Shown: piece by piece, positions 1 to 10,314 of the stretch | How positions within the stretch are numbered: the first letter of the stretch is position 1 | Layout of the letters: each line of letters starts with the position of its first letter | From: Opitutia bacterium | GTDB taxonomy: Bacteria; Verrucomicrobiota; Verrucomicrobiia; Opitutales; T3Sed10-336 | Reading direction: 5' to 3' | DNA length: 64,000 bases | Assembly (NCBI GenBank): GCA_050506795.1 | Contig: JBJHCF010000001.1 | Coordinates: 192,001-256,000, forward strand | Made by a program: the position numbers and the translations under genes | Notes under the pieces: generated by a model | Told to the model about the DNA's origin: nothing | Database searches by the model: none | The model's input: the letters and a program-made list of their open reading frames with translations, nothing else

Positions 1-109
1 GCCAGCTCCCAGAATGAATTGAAATTTATTGTGACGTGATGATCTGGCAGGTTCGTTGGTCATGTGAATATAGAAAACCGGCCGGGACCGAGGGTTCCGG
101 TGGAACGAC

Positions 110-712
110 ATGAAAGAGCAGGATTACGAACCGGGAGCAGTCGAAAAAGCGCATGCCGCGGTGCTTGATTCGTTGTTCGAGGGGGCGGTCGCGTTGGACG
201 CCACTGCCGGAAACGGACGCGACACCGTGTTCCTGTCACGGTTGGTGGGGCCGGGCGGCAAGGTTTATGCGCTTGATATTCAGTCCGAAGCCGTGACCCG
301 GACCCGCGCCCTTTTGGAGGGCGAGGGACTGTCCGACCGGGTGATCCTGCGAAGGGGAAGCCACGCCGATCTTCGCGACCGCTGGCCGGAACTGCGGCCG
401 GGAAGCGTGCAAGCGATCATGTTCAACCTGGGGTATCTTCCGGGGGGCGAAAAATCGCTGATCACTCGTCCGGAAAGCACTCTGGCCGGCCTGGAGCAAG
501 CGTTGCCGCTGATTGCTCCGGCAGGCGTGCTGACCGTTGTCTGCTACCCGGGACATCCGGGAGGCGAGGCGGAAAGCGAAGCGGTTTGCTCCTGGGCCGA
601 AGCGTTGCCGGAGCAGACGTTTTCATCCCGCATTGAGCGATTGGCGGGCCGGTCCGAAAAGGCGCCGTTTCTGGTGCTGGTGAGACGTCTTACTCCTGAT
701 GAAGGCGGCTGA
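110..712 (+). CDS. Class I SAM-dependent methyltransferase, YtqB/MnmM-like (putative RNA methylase)
   Basis: Motifs ALDATAGNGRDT, VYALDIQ, AIMFNLGYLPGG and VVCYPGHPGG are typical of the YtqB family. Confidence 0.8.
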   Translation: MKEQDYEPGAVEKAHAAVLDSLFEGAVALDATAGNGRDTVFLSRLVGPGGKVYALDIQSEAVTRTRALLEGEGLSDRVILRRGSHADLRDRWPELRPGSVQAIMFNLGYLPGGEKSLITRPESTLAGLEQALPLIAPAGVLTVVCYPGHPGGEAESEAVCSWAEALPEQTFSSRIERLAGRSEKAPFLVLVRRLTPDEGG

Positions 713-2108
713 CGATGGTGGTGATCGATTGTGGCGCCAACTCGACGACGATGTTATTGCCGGAGACCCGGGCGACTTCCGCCGGGGCGACTGCTTCCTC
801 GCCGGCCGTGCGATAAACTCGCGGATCGCCTTCGAGCCCTTCGATGCCTTCGAGAGTGATGACTTGATGCCGCACCTCCTGATCCGGGTTCACCAGGACC
901 AGCACCACTTCGTTTCGGCTGTCCGAGATCGCCGCCAGAAGCCGCGCGGAACCCGAGGGGACGATGGTATCGCCGGGGCGGATGAAGCGGGTGAATTGAC
1001 GAAGCATGTGAGTGTTGGGGTGCGGGGCAATGGTCTGGTTCTCATAGTCCACCTCGTAGTGGCGCCAGTGACGATGGGTGTCGAGTACCTGCCAAATGTT
1101 CCAAACGATCGGTTGCAGTTCGTTTAGATCCCGGATGAGGCGTTCGGCCATGATCAAGGTGATTTCACGGGTATTGCCGCTGACATTCAGCGGACCGGTT
1201 TCCGACTGCCACAACGGGAGGCCGAGTTCGGCGGTAAGTTGCCGAATGGGTTCCCGTTCGTTCCCGAAATAGGAATGGACGTTGAACTGTCCCAGGTGCC
1301 GGAGTGTTTCCTCGTCGTAAGAACGAAGGTTCCTCAGGCCGGCGCCCAGACTGCTGGCGTCGGAAGCGCTGACCACCGTCGGCAGGTCGGTTTTGGCCAG
1401 GGCTTCGCCCGCCAGGCGAATCAGGCGGGCCTGCTGGTCTTGCGGGATATGGCAACCTTCCTGGCTGCCGTTGGCCCGCCACCAGTTGGCGTTGGGTTCG
1501 TTCATCGGCTCCAGTGTCTGAAAGGTGATTCCTTCTTCGTCATGCAAGTGCCGCACCACGTCAACCAGGTATTCGATAAACGCCGCTTCGTATTCGGTCT
1601 TCAGGTTTGGGCCGCCGTCCTCCGCTCCGGAAGCGCAACCGCTTACGGTCATCCACCACGGCGGACTATTGGAAAACGCTTCGAGAATCGGGTTGTCGGC
1701 GCGTTCGGCCAGCTTTTTGAGCACACGTACCTGGCCGGCGTCCGCGTCCCACTCGTAAGGGCCGTCCTCCGCCGGCCGGTATCCGGGGACATCACCGAAG
1801 GGGCGCATGTGATCGTGATCGGGATGGTCGCCGCCCCCGATGTTGTAGCGGAAAACGTTCAGGCCGAGGCCTTCCTCGGGGTCGACGACGGCCTCGATCA
1901 ACCGGTCGAGGTTTTCCTCTTCCCAATCTCCCACGCTGTACGCCCACCAAGCCAGCGAAGCGCCCCAACCCTCCAGGGTCTGCGCTCTTTGGCTCAGATC
2001 GAGAGTGGTCTCCTCAGCGCTGAACATTGCGGGCGCGGAAAGGAGACAAGCGTTAATCAGAAAGAGCTTTAAGGAACGGCGCAAAAGGTGGTGGAGACAG
2101 GTCGGCAT
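690..2108 (-). CDS. Secreted glycoside hydrolase family 30 (endo-beta-1,6-galactanase-like)
   Basis: Signal peptide; EGWGASLAWWA, FRYNIGGG, EAFSNSPPWWMT, acid/base PMNEP, nucleophile LWQSE. Confidence 0.8.
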   Translation of the reverse strand: MPTCLHHLLRRSLKLFLINACLLSAPAMFSAEETTLDLSQRAQTLEGWGASLAWWAYSVGDWEEENLDRLIEAVVDPEEGLGLNVFRYNIGGGDHPDHDHMRPFGDVPGYRPAEDGPYEWDADAGQVRVLKKLAERADNPILEAFSNSPPWWMTVSGCASGAEDGGPNLKTEYEAAFIEYLVDVVRHLHDEEGITFQTLEPMNEPNANWWRANGSQEGCHIPQDQQARLIRLAGEALAKTDLPTVVSASDASSLGAGLRNLRSYDEETLRHLGQFNVHSYFGNEREPIRQLTAELGLPLWQSETGPLNVSGNTREITLIMAERLIRDLNELQPIVWNIWQVLDTHRHWRHYEVDYENQTIAPHPNTHMLRQFTRFIRPGDTIVPSGSARLLAAISDSRNEVVLVLVNPDQEVRHQVITLEGIEGLEGDPRVYRTAGEEAVAPAEVARVSGNNIVVELAPQSITTIVSRLHQE

Positions 2109-2275
2109 CGCAGTGTTGTTGTGGGTTTGCGCTGATATGATTCCCGCGAATCAATGTTATGGGATAAGAAAAACGCCGTTTGGTTGGTGGAGGCAAGCCT
2201 AAGTGAAATAGGTGTCCCGGAAGGTCTTTTTGTTTTGCGGATTCGACGACTCACGGAGTAGGACTTAATTCTCTT

Positions 2276-2977
2276 ATGGAGTCATCTGAAGCTGAAAACC
2301 CGGCATCCGCTCTGCCTTTTGTCCTGACCCCCGAAGAAGCCCGTGTCCTGGGCTGTCTGCTGGAGAAGGAGATCGCCACGCCGGAATATTATCCTTTGAC
2401 CCTGAACGCGTTGACCAATGCCTGCAATCAGAAGTCCAATCGGCATCCGGTAATGGCGTTGGATGCGGATGACGTCAATGAGGCGCTGGATTCGCTGCGG
2501 GAAAAGAAGCTGGCCGTGATCGTCTCGGTCGCGGATTCGCGGGTGCCCAAGTTCAAGCGCCTTTCCGATATTCTTGGCGATCCCGGTTTGGCCCAGCGGG
2601 CGGTCTTGTGCGAACTCCTGGTGCGCGGTCCGCAAACAGCCGGGGAATTGCGCAACCGCTGCGAGCGTTTACGGCCCTTTGTCGATATCGCCGAGGTGGA
2701 AAAGGTCCTGCGGGAACTGGAAGAGGCTCCCCCGGGACCGTTGGTCAAAAAGCTTCCCCGGCAGCCCGGCCGCAAAGAGTGTCGCTATTGTCAACTCCTG
2801 ACCGGTGAGCCGGACCTGGCCGAGGAACCGGAGGAAACCGCGGAAACGGTGGTCGCCTCAACGCGGGCTTCGCTGCAAAGCCGGATCGAAAGCCTGGAGA
2901 AAGACGTCGCGGACCTGCGGACGGAAAACGCGGCTCTGAAGGAGGAATTCGAACGCTTCCGGCAGCAGTTCGAGTGA
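2276..2977 (+). CDS. yceH: YceH / DUF480 (UPF0502) family protein
   Basis: EARVLGCLLEKEIATPEYYPLTLNALTNACNQKSNRHPVM and LLVRGPQTAGELR; C-terminal coiled coil. Confidence 0.85.
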   Translation: MESSEAENPASALPFVLTPEEARVLGCLLEKEIATPEYYPLTLNALTNACNQKSNRHPVMALDADDVNEALDSLREKKLAVIVSVADSRVPKFKRLSDILGDPGLAQRAVLCELLVRGPQTAGELRNRCERLRPFVDIAEVEKVLRELEEAPPGPLVKKLPRQPGRKECRYCQLLTGEPDLAEEPEETAETVVASTRASLQSRIESLEKDVADLRTENAALKEEFERFRQQFE

Positions 2978-3079
2978 ATCGAGAGCCTCCGTCCGCTTAT
3001 TTCCCCTTCAAACTCGAGCCGATCCCTTCGGGAGCATACCGAATGATTTCTCTGCGACCTTCCAACCTCTGCGGTGCCA

Positions 3080-3224
3080 AAAAACTTGACTCAACTACAA
3101 CAACTTTTTCGGTTTTGGACTCTAGTGTGAATGGCGCTCGGTTAAGAATATTGCCCGATGCTGCGGGCTCTGGTCTATCAGGGGATTTCTGACCACAGAT
3201 TGCGCAGATGACACAGATTCAAAG
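3080..3224. repeat. Copy 1 of a ~145-160 bp dispersed intergenic repeat (copy 2 at 19551-19711)
   Basis: Shared blocks AACTACAACAACTTT, GAATGGCG(C/T)TCGGTTA, GCGGGCTCTGGTCT, TGACCACAGA, ATTGCGCAGA and GACACAGATTCAAAG in the same order. Confidence 0.85.
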
Positions 3225-3387
3225 ACAGTAGTGAAGATTAGTGGTAAAACCAACCCCGGAATTAAGGTTCCCAGTTCCTCTTTTTTCTCACTGCCCGAAA
3301 TCTGTGGTTAAAGATCGATTTTTGGTTCCGGGTCATCCCTCGAGACGAGATGCCACGATCGAGCGCCTTAACCGAGTAGCATTCGTC

Positions 3388-6360
3388 TTAGGGGTCATTT
3401 TTTATGGGTGGGCTGCACTCGGCCAAGGCTTCGCGCAGGATCTCCACCGGATGCCGGGCTTGCCGGCCGACGGCGTCACGGATCTGGTGGCGGCAACTGG
3501 TTCCGGGAGCGGCGATGGTTTCGCCTTCCGGGATGTCGCGAATTTTGGGGAAGAGAACCAGTTCTCCAATCTGTTGCGACAGCGCGTAGTGCTCTTTCTC
3601 ATAGCCGAACGAGCCGGCCATGCCGCAGCATCCCGAAGGAATCAGACGTACCTGGTGACCGGCTGGCAGTTCCAGCATGCGCACGGTGGGGGTTTGCGAG
3701 GCGAGGGCTTTCTGATGACAGTGCCCGTGCAGGTGAATAATTTTTTCGGAGGGGGCGAACGCGTTCCGGTCGATGCGGCCGGCGTCGATTTCCCGCGCGA
3801 TGAACTCGTCGATCAGGAGGCAGTGCGCCCCCAGGGATCGAGCCCTTTTTTGCTCCTCCCCGCGTAGAAGATCGGGGTACTCGTCACGGAACGAGAGCAG
3901 GGCGGAGGGTTCGATTCCCATCAGGGGGGCTTCTTCGGAAACCAACGGCGCCAAACATTCGACGTTCTTTCGTGCCAGGTCTCTGGCGCGACGCAGCAGG
4001 CCTTTGGACAAGGCTGAGCGACCGCTTTCTGTGTGGGCCGGAAGATCGACCTCATAACCGAGGCCCTCCAGCAACTCGACCGCGGCGATCCCGATCTCGA
4101 CGTCTTGATGGGCGGTGAATTCGTCGGCGAAAAGGTGAACCCGCCGTCCGTTGCCCGGATGCCGGGAAGAGGGGCGTTCGGCGAACCAGCGGCGCAGGGT
4201 GGTTCTGGCCGCCAGTGGAACGGTTCGATCCGGATGAAATCCCACCATGCGATTGGCCAGGCGGCGGAGGGTCGGGGTTCCGAATACGGCGTTCCAAAGC
4301 CACGGTGCTTTGGCCGCCAGGGAAGCCGTTTGCGCGAATCGTCCGATTAATCGCGAGCGCAATGGGACGCCGTGCGCGTCCTGATAATGCTGGAGGAATT
4401 CGGCTTTGAGTTTCGCCATATCCACGTTGGAAGGACACTCGGATTTGCAGCCTTTGCAGGAAAGGCAAAGGTCCATGACCTCGTGGATCTCGTGGCTGGC
4501 GAACGGACGGCGGGGGTCCGGGGGGCGGGTGAGGTGGTGCCGGAGGATGTTGGCCCGCGCCCGGGTGGTGTCGGTCTCGTCGCGGGTGGCCATGTAGCTC
4601 GGGCACATGGTCCCTCCGGCCAGTTCGGTTTTGCGGCAGTCTCCGGAACCATTGCATTTTTCCGCGGCCCGCAGCACACCCATGACCGGTGAAAAGTCGA
4701 ATACCGTTTCGTAGTCCGGGGTCGGGTGTCCGGGGCCGTAACGGTGGGCGGAATCCATCGGCGGGGTGTCGATGATTTTTCCCGGGTTGAAGATGCCGTC
4801 GGGATCGAAAAGCTCTTTGACCCGCCGCATGAGACCGTAGCAGTGGTCGCCGGTCATGAAGCGAATGAACTCACCGCGCAGACGGCCGTCTCCATGTTCG
4901 CCGCTGAGCGATCCGCGGTACTTTTTTACCAGGGCGGCGATGTCCTGCGCGATGGCGCGGAACATCCGGTGACCTTCCTTGCTTTTGAGGTTGATCAGCG
5001 GACGGGTGTGTAGTTCTCCGCTGCCGGCGTGGGCGTAATAAACGCAGGCGATGCTGTATTTGTCGCGCATCAGGGCGTCGAATTCATCTATATAGTCCGG
5101 GAGGTCCTCGACGTCGACCGCGGTGTCCTCGACTACCTCGGCCGGACGGGTGTCGCCCACCACGTTGGTCATCACTCCCTGGCCGGCGCGGCGCAATTCC
5201 CACACGCGGTCGCCGTCCGCCCCCCAGAGCACCGGGAAAGCGTAACCCAGTCCGGCCTCGCGCAAGGCGGATTCCAGTTTCGTCATCTCGGCGGCGATTT
5301 CCTCGGTCCGGGATCGGCGGATTTCGATCACCAGGATGGCGCCGGGATCGCCCTGCACAAAAAACCGGTTTCGCCGCTGTTCGATATTCGCTTTGGTGCA
5401 GTCCAGGATGTGTTTATCGATCAGTTCACAAGCGCTGGGGCCGTGCCGGACTGCGATTTGGGTGGCCCGAAGCGATTCCGGAACCGAGTTGAAATGAGCG
5501 CACATGAGGGCGCCGGCGGGCGGCAGGGGTTCGCAGTTGAATACGTACTCCACGCCGAAAAACAAGGTGCCTTCGGAACCGGCGATCAGTCGGCAAAGGT
5601 TGAACGGGTGAGGGGAGGCGGGGTCGAAGACATCGGCATCCATCAGGAGATCCAAAGCGTACCCGGTGTTGCGGCGTTTGATGGATTTCTTGGGGAAATT
5701 CTCATCGATGGCCCGGCGATTGTCGGGATCGGCCAGCAGGTCGCGCAGACCCCGGTAGATTCGGGTTTCGAGGGTGTCCGGACCCTCGCATTTTTGCCGG
5801 AAAGCTTCGGGGGAAAGGGGACCGAAAACGGTTTCAGTGCCGTCGCTGAGGAAGCCGCGCACCGAGATCAGGTGATCGCGGGTGCTGCCGTAAACGATGG
5901 AGTTGGAACCGCAGGAGTTGTTGCCGGCCATTCCGCCCATCATGGCCCGGTTGGCGGTTGACGTTTCCGGTCCGAAAAACAGGCCGTGAGGGGCGAGTTG
6001 ACGGTTGAGTTCGTTGCGAATGACACCTGGTTGAACCCGGACCCGGCGCCGCTGGCCATCGATCTCGATCACTTGATTCAGGTGGCGTCCGACATCCACC
6101 ACGATTCCGCCGCCGACCACCTGACCGGCCAACGAAGTCCCCGCGGTTCGTGGAATCAAACCGATACCCAACTGTCTTGCGAGGGCGATCAATCGAACGA
6201 TATCGCGTTCGGAATCGGGAAAGGCTACCGCGAACGGCTCTTCCTGATATTCGGATGCGTCGGTACTGTAGAGTTTGCGAGCGACCGGGTTGGTCCGGAG
6301 TTCTCCATCCAGGGAGGCCTTTGCCGCCTCGAGCCGATTCATCCGTTCCGCCCCGTTCAT
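3388..6360 (-). CDS. FAD-binding and (Fe-S)-binding oxidoreductase (GlcD/GlcF fusion, D-lactate dehydrogenase-like)
   Basis: PRTAGTSLAGQ FAD loop, SGEHGDG, ferredoxin motifs CNGSGDC and CLSCKGC, C-terminal CCG domain (HGHCHQK, GCCGMAGSFG). Confidence 0.9.
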   Translation of the reverse strand: MNGAERMNRLEAAKASLDGELRTNPVARKLYSTDASEYQEEPFAVAFPDSERDIVRLIALARQLGIGLIPRTAGTSLAGQVVGGGIVVDVGRHLNQVIEIDGQRRRVRVQPGVIRNELNRQLAPHGLFFGPETSTANRAMMGGMAGNNSCGSNSIVYGSTRDHLISVRGFLSDGTETVFGPLSPEAFRQKCEGPDTLETRIYRGLRDLLADPDNRRAIDENFPKKSIKRRNTGYALDLLMDADVFDPASPHPFNLCRLIAGSEGTLFFGVEYVFNCEPLPPAGALMCAHFNSVPESLRATQIAVRHGPSACELIDKHILDCTKANIEQRRNRFFVQGDPGAILVIEIRRSRTEEIAAEMTKLESALREAGLGYAFPVLWGADGDRVWELRRAGQGVMTNVVGDTRPAEVVEDTAVDVEDLPDYIDEFDALMRDKYSIACVYYAHAGSGELHTRPLINLKSKEGHRMFRAIAQDIAALVKKYRGSLSGEHGDGRLRGEFIRFMTGDHCYGLMRRVKELFDPDGIFNPGKIIDTPPMDSAHRYGPGHPTPDYETVFDFSPVMGVLRAAEKCNGSGDCRKTELAGGTMCPSYMATRDETDTTRARANILRHHLTRPPDPRRPFASHEIHEVMDLCLSCKGCKSECPSNVDMAKLKAEFLQHYQDAHGVPLRSRLIGRFAQTASLAAKAPWLWNAVFGTPTLRRLANRMVGFHPDRTVPLAARTTLRRWFAERPSSRHPGNGRRVHLFADEFTAHQDVEIGIAAVELLEGLGYEVDLPAHTESGRSALSKGLLRRARDLARKNVECLAPLVSEEAPLMGIEPSALLSFRDEYPDLLRGEEQKRARSLGAHCLLIDEFIAREIDAGRIDRNAFAPSEKIIHLHGHCHQKALASQTPTVRMLELPAGHQVRLIPSGCCGMAGSFGYEKEHYALSQQIGELVLFPKIRDIPEGETIAAPGTSCRHQIRDAVGRQARHPVEILREALAECSPPIKNDP

Positions 6361-6421
6361 CGGCAGTCAGCTTACCGGAGTCGGGGGACGAAACGGAATA
6401 ATGAAATTGGGAAAATCGCGA

Positions 6422-7354
6422 TTACCGATCAGAGGTCAGAAACCACTTATCGTAGAAGGCCCCTCGATTATCCTGGAAAATAATGCGCCGGTCTTCGACT
6501 TCCCAAAGGGTCAACGGAAGGTTCGCTCCCACTGCCTCTCCCTGTTTTACCAGGGTCAATCCGACCAGAATGCGATTCTGCCGAGGATTGATTCCGGTAA
6601 TGGTGAGCTGACCGACCGATCGGCTGATCTCCGGATCGCGATCCACCGCGACAATCCGGCGAACCTCGTTGCTGATTCGCTCCTCCAGGGACTCCCTTTC
6701 CCGGGCGGCAATCAATTCCGCCGGCTCCGGGTCAACCGGCTCAGCCTCCCGCGCAATTTCCACTGCGAGCTCAGGCTCGGGGTCCGGTTCTGGTTCAGGA
6801 GTTGGCTCTCTGGGAGTTTCGGGCGGACGAGTTGATTGCTGACGGGTCCCCCCGCCGGTGGCGGCCACCTGCATTTGGTTACTGGAGGCATCGAGATTAA
6901 CCGCCACCAATTCCGACATGATCTGGTGATTGACCAGGCGAATGGGCTGTTGGGTGGTACTGAAGGTCAACTGTTCGATCGCTTCCTGGTCGCCGTAGTT
7001 GACCCGGTACATGAGCACGGTGTAAACCTCCCCGGGATTTTCCGCCGGTCCGAAGGTCTGTTGCCGGGCCTGAATCAGGGAATGGCGCTCGTAAGCGCCC
7101 AGAGTGTTTTCGACCTGCTGCAGGGTTTGGATCCATTGATCGCGGGAGACCCGCTGAAAGAACGGTTCCCCGTACAGCTCCGCGGCGGCGGGAAAATCGC
7201 CCGTTCCGATACGGTCGTAGAGGCGATCGGCCAGATCGGTGGTTTCCTTCTGATGGTCGATACCGCATCCGGCGAACAGAGTGACGAATAGCCAGGAAAC
7301 GAGAGCCGAGCGAAGCCACCCCGCCCGGCGAAAAATGAATGATTTCTTATGCAT
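6422..7354 (-). CDS. Hypothetical lipoprotein (lipobox LFAGC, Pro/Glu-rich linker, small C-terminal beta domain)
   Basis: Long ORF co-oriented with neighbours; lipoprotein signal peptide. Confidence 0.65.
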   Translation of the reverse strand: MHKKSFIFRRAGWLRSALVSWLFVTLFAGCGIDHQKETTDLADRLYDRIGTGDFPAAAELYGEPFFQRVSRDQWIQTLQQVENTLGAYERHSLIQARQQTFGPAENPGEVYTVLMYRVNYGDQEAIEQLTFSTTQQPIRLVNHQIMSELVAVNLDASSNQMQVAATGGGTRQQSTRPPETPREPTPEPEPDPEPELAVEIAREAEPVDPEPAELIAARERESLEERISNEVRRIVAVDRDPEISRSVGQLTITGINPRQNRILVGLTLVKQGEAVGANLPLTLWEVEDRRIIFQDNRGAFYDKWFLTSDR

Positions 7355-7389
7355 GGATTCTCCGATGTTTTCGCGGCCGATGGTGGCGT

Positions 7390-7872
7390 CTATTCACTGA
7401 GGACCCATACCAGGTTCTGCGGTCCGCCCTCCAGCCGGAAACGACCGGAAAACAGGTCGCCGTTGTCAATCCGCTCGGCGATGGCTTGATAAAGCACAAT
7501 TTCGCGGTCGGTGGCGCCGTATTCGACCGCCAGGCCGACCACCCCGGAGTTATACCACCTCCAGGCACCTCCGACGGCGTTGGTTTGCCCGAAGGTTCCC
7601 TGGCTGACATAACCGTCCACTTCCGGAGGAAGCTGTCCGGCCGGAGAGTTTGCGGGCCACCGGGCATTGGCGAAATGGTAACCTTCAAACTGGCCGGACA
7701 TGCTGCGCAGATCGCTGACAAACTTGCTGATGTTTGCCTGGCGTCGCACTTGCTGGAACGCCGGGATGGCGATCCCGGCGAGAATTCCGACAATGACGAC
7801 GGCCAGCATGACTTCTATCAGGCTGAAGCCCTTGCGTTTATGGGCGTATCGAACGGCCGCGCAGGGAATCAT
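7390..7872 (-). CDS. Type IV pilin / pseudopilin (prepilin N-terminal cleavage/methylation domain)
   Basis: KGFSLIEVMLAVVIVGILAGIAIP class III signal; start could also be 7923. Confidence 0.85.
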   Translation of the reverse strand: MIPCAAVRYAHKRKGFSLIEVMLAVVIVGILAGIAIPAFQQVRRQANISKFVSDLRSMSGQFEGYHFANARWPANSPAGQLPPEVDGYVSQGTFGQTNAVGGAWRWYNSGVVGLAVEYGATDREIVLYQAIAERIDNGDLFSGRFRLEGGPQNLVWVLSE

Positions 7873-8128
7873 TGCCTGGTCGGATTGGTTGGAGGACGGG
7901 AAAAAGTGTCGGTTTGGTTTCATCGGAAAATTCTTGCGTAATGGAACTGGCGGAGGTTGCTGACCGCGGAAGACACATGCCGCGAGGCATGATCAGGATG
8001 CAAAGATGTGGTGAAGGTCGAAATCCGGCCCACAAAGAGTTGTCGCTTGCCGTTGAACGGCGCACCATACGATTCAAGAACTGCCGAAACCTGGGGGGAG
8101 GCAGAGGAAATACGCGCGTGCCCCGGCC

Positions 8129-8398
8129 TTAAAAGAGGGCCTGCAGCGTTCCGGGAAGCAGCGGTGCGACCCGCTCGACGATAAACGTCATGAACTCCGG
8201 TTCGTTGCGGTTGGCCGCCCATGACACCGTTTTGATGAAAAAGGCGAGGACGCAGGTCAAAGGGAAGAAAACGCGGTTGAAGCGATTGGATCCCTTGAAA
8301 TACATGTAGAGGCAGAAGATGAGCAGTATGAAAAGTGCCAAGTGCTCAACGACGTCGAGGACGGTAAGTTGTGAGAGATGTTTGATGAGCATATCCAT
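8129..8398 (-). CDS. Small hypothetical membrane protein
   Basis: 89 aa ORF with two hydrophobic segments and an AT-rich upstream region. Confidence 0.5.
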   Translation of the reverse strand: MDMLIKHLSQLTVLDVVEHLALFILLIFCLYMYFKGSNRFNRVFFPLTCVLAFFIKTVSWAANRNEPEFMTFIVERVAPLLPGTLQALF

Positions 8399-8580
8399 AG
8401 CGACCTTTGGTTTGTTGGTGCCGAGTATAGGGAATTCGCCGCTTAAAATCTACCCCCCGGGCCCAAATATGTGTCAAAAAAGGTTAAAACCCGGATTATG
8501 GAAGCTGCTAGTTTTCACGGTTTTATAGGTTTTTTAAGAATTGATCGACGCTTGGCGGTTTCCGGTTGAAATCGAAACAA

Positions 8581-8618
8581 AAAAAGCCGCCCGCGGTTAC
8601 CCGAGGACGGCTTTTTTG
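8581..8618 (-). terminator. Intrinsic (probably bidirectional) terminator after the porin gene
   Basis: AAAAAAGCCG...CGGCTTTTTT hairpin flanked by A/T runs, about 20 bp after the stop codon. Confidence 0.7.
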
Positions 8619-8635
8619 TCCGAAAAATCCGGATA

Positions 8636-9847
8636 CTAGAATAAGACGCGCCAGGCACCGTAAACCGTGGTGGCTTCCAGGTCGCCATGCTCGGTGTCGT
8701 CGAGTTTAGACAGCTCCACCCCCGCCATGAGCTTGTTGGCGTCGCCGGCAAAGTAATAGTTGGCGCCGGCGTAAACCGCCCGGTAGGTGTCGCCCCGGTC
8801 GCTTTGGAGTCCCGGCGCCCGGCGAGCGTAGCGGGACGAGGCCCGAATGCCTGTGGCGTTGTCGGAGTGAGCCTCTTCGTAACGAATGACGCCCTGAAGT
8901 TTGTCGGTGATGAAGTAGGACGGCATGATGTACCACCCGTAGGTATCGTCTTCATTGCGGTCTTCCAGGAGGATGAACTCGGCCCGGAGATCGAAAGGCC
9001 CGCGCTGGTAGTGGCCGCTGATGGCGCCGCCGTTTTTAAAGGAACCGCCAAAAGCACCGCCGGCATCGTCTGACACCAGAACGTCCACCCGGAAGTCCAG
9101 ATCATGACCGTTTCCGATCACGTCGCCGAGATCGATCCCGCCGGTAAGGTTGTACATGTAGCGGGCGGGCGTGTTGCTCGGGTTTACATTGGCGCGGTCG
9201 GTGTAGATACCGGCGCCGTAGGAAAAGATGTGCTGGGATCCTTCCATTGATACCCCGAGCTGAGCGCCGGGGGCGGCGATGTTGGTGATCATGCTTCGTT
9301 CCACCGTGAGAATTGAGGCCGACGAAGTGTTTTCCTCATGGCCGAATGTGGGTTTGTCCACCCCGACCTTGATGTGAGCCTCGTCGTATTCGCGCCATTG
9401 CAGGAATGCGGTTCGCATGGACAAACCGCTGCCCGGGACCAGGTTGGCTTCGAGTTGGGCCCTGACGTTCTGCAGGAGGTGCCCTCGAACCCCCAGCCGA
9501 ACGCGGCGCATTTCGAGGGTGCTCCAGTCTTCGCTCACGTCGTCGTTACTGACGTTGGTGTATCCGAACTGGGTCTGGATGCGGCCGCGGATCCGAAAAT
9601 CCCGGAAGTTGATCCCGGCCGGCTCGGCGGCGGGGCGGGCACGATCGATGCGTTCGCGCAACTCCCGCGCCTGTTCGGCGGAGATGGCGTCGTTTTCGAC
9701 CAGTACATTGATGAGATCGGTCATCTGCGCTTGCGCGGAGCTGGCGGCGGCCAGCAACGCGAACATACCCAGGAGGTGGCGCCACCGTTTGGGTGTGAAT
9801 CGTCTTTTTTTAACAGTGTTCATTTTGTTGTTTTCAGGTGAACTCAA
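8636..9847 (-). CDS. Phosphate-selective porin O/P family outer-membrane protein
   Basis: Signal peptide, RIRGRIQTQF, EMRRVRLGVRG, FGHEENTSS..ILTVERS, C-terminal Phe. Confidence 0.75.
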   Translation of the reverse strand: MSSPENNKMNTVKKRRFTPKRWRHLLGMFALLAAASSAQAQMTDLINVLVENDAISAEQARELRERIDRARPAAEPAGINFRDFRIRGRIQTQFGYTNVSNDDVSEDWSTLEMRRVRLGVRGHLLQNVRAQLEANLVPGSGLSMRTAFLQWREYDEAHIKVGVDKPTFGHEENTSSASILTVERSMITNIAAPGAQLGVSMEGSQHIFSYGAGIYTDRANVNPSNTPARYMYNLTGGIDLGDVIGNGHDLDFRVDVLVSDDAGGAFGGSFKNGGAISGHYQRGPFDLRAEFILLEDRNEDDTYGWYIMPSYFITDKLQGVIRYEEAHSDNATGIRASSRYARRAPGLQSDRGDTYRAVYAGANYYFAGDANKLMAGVELSKLDDTEHGDLEATTVYGAWRVLF

Positions 9848-9905
9848 GTTTGCTGAGTGCCAACTGCATTTCCCGAGTCGGCGGGTACTCTTTTAGCTCC
9901 CGAAT

Positions 9906-9932
9906 GTTACAGGGTGATGGCGGTTGGGTGAC
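9906..9932 (-). promoter_or_regulatory. Putative PHO-box-like tandem repeats upstream of the porin
   Basis: On the minus strand GTCAC, GCCAT and GTAAC recur at exact 11-bp spacing (plus positions 9928, 9917, 9906); a second GCAAC/GTAAC pair at 11-bp spacing lies at 10017-10032. Confidence 0.5.
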
Positions 9933-10314
9933 GATTCCGAAGCAATCGTCATGCGCCGATGTTCGGCCGGGCCGACGACGCCGGAAATCGTGACCGAAAC
10001 GGTTGCCGGGGGTAATGTTACGGGAACGTTGCGGTGTTGTCTCCGCGGCGTAACAAAGCATTGGCATCGTGAGCTATTAAATGGTTGACGGTGTTGACAG
10101 TGAAAACTCCGACCTGCCCGGCCGGCCGACGGTTCGCCACCCGAAGGCGTCACGGCTTGTTTCCAGCCAGCGAACGGGGGGCTTCGGGTCGACCGGGAGT
10201 TCGCGGGCGGGCAAAGGTTTTCGCTTTCAACAGAGTATCCGCCGTTTGATCCGATTCGCCCTGCGGCGCCCCGGGGAAATCTGCGACCTGGACGGCATGA
10301 TCGGGCACGGCTCC

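Noticed and set aside
8140..8151. 12-nt match (CCTGCAGCGTTC) between spacer 3 and the end of the small membrane gene, a possible self-target
   Set aside because: Too short and GC-rich, the rest of the spacer does not align, and it is expected by chance. No convincing self-target was seen in the window by eye.
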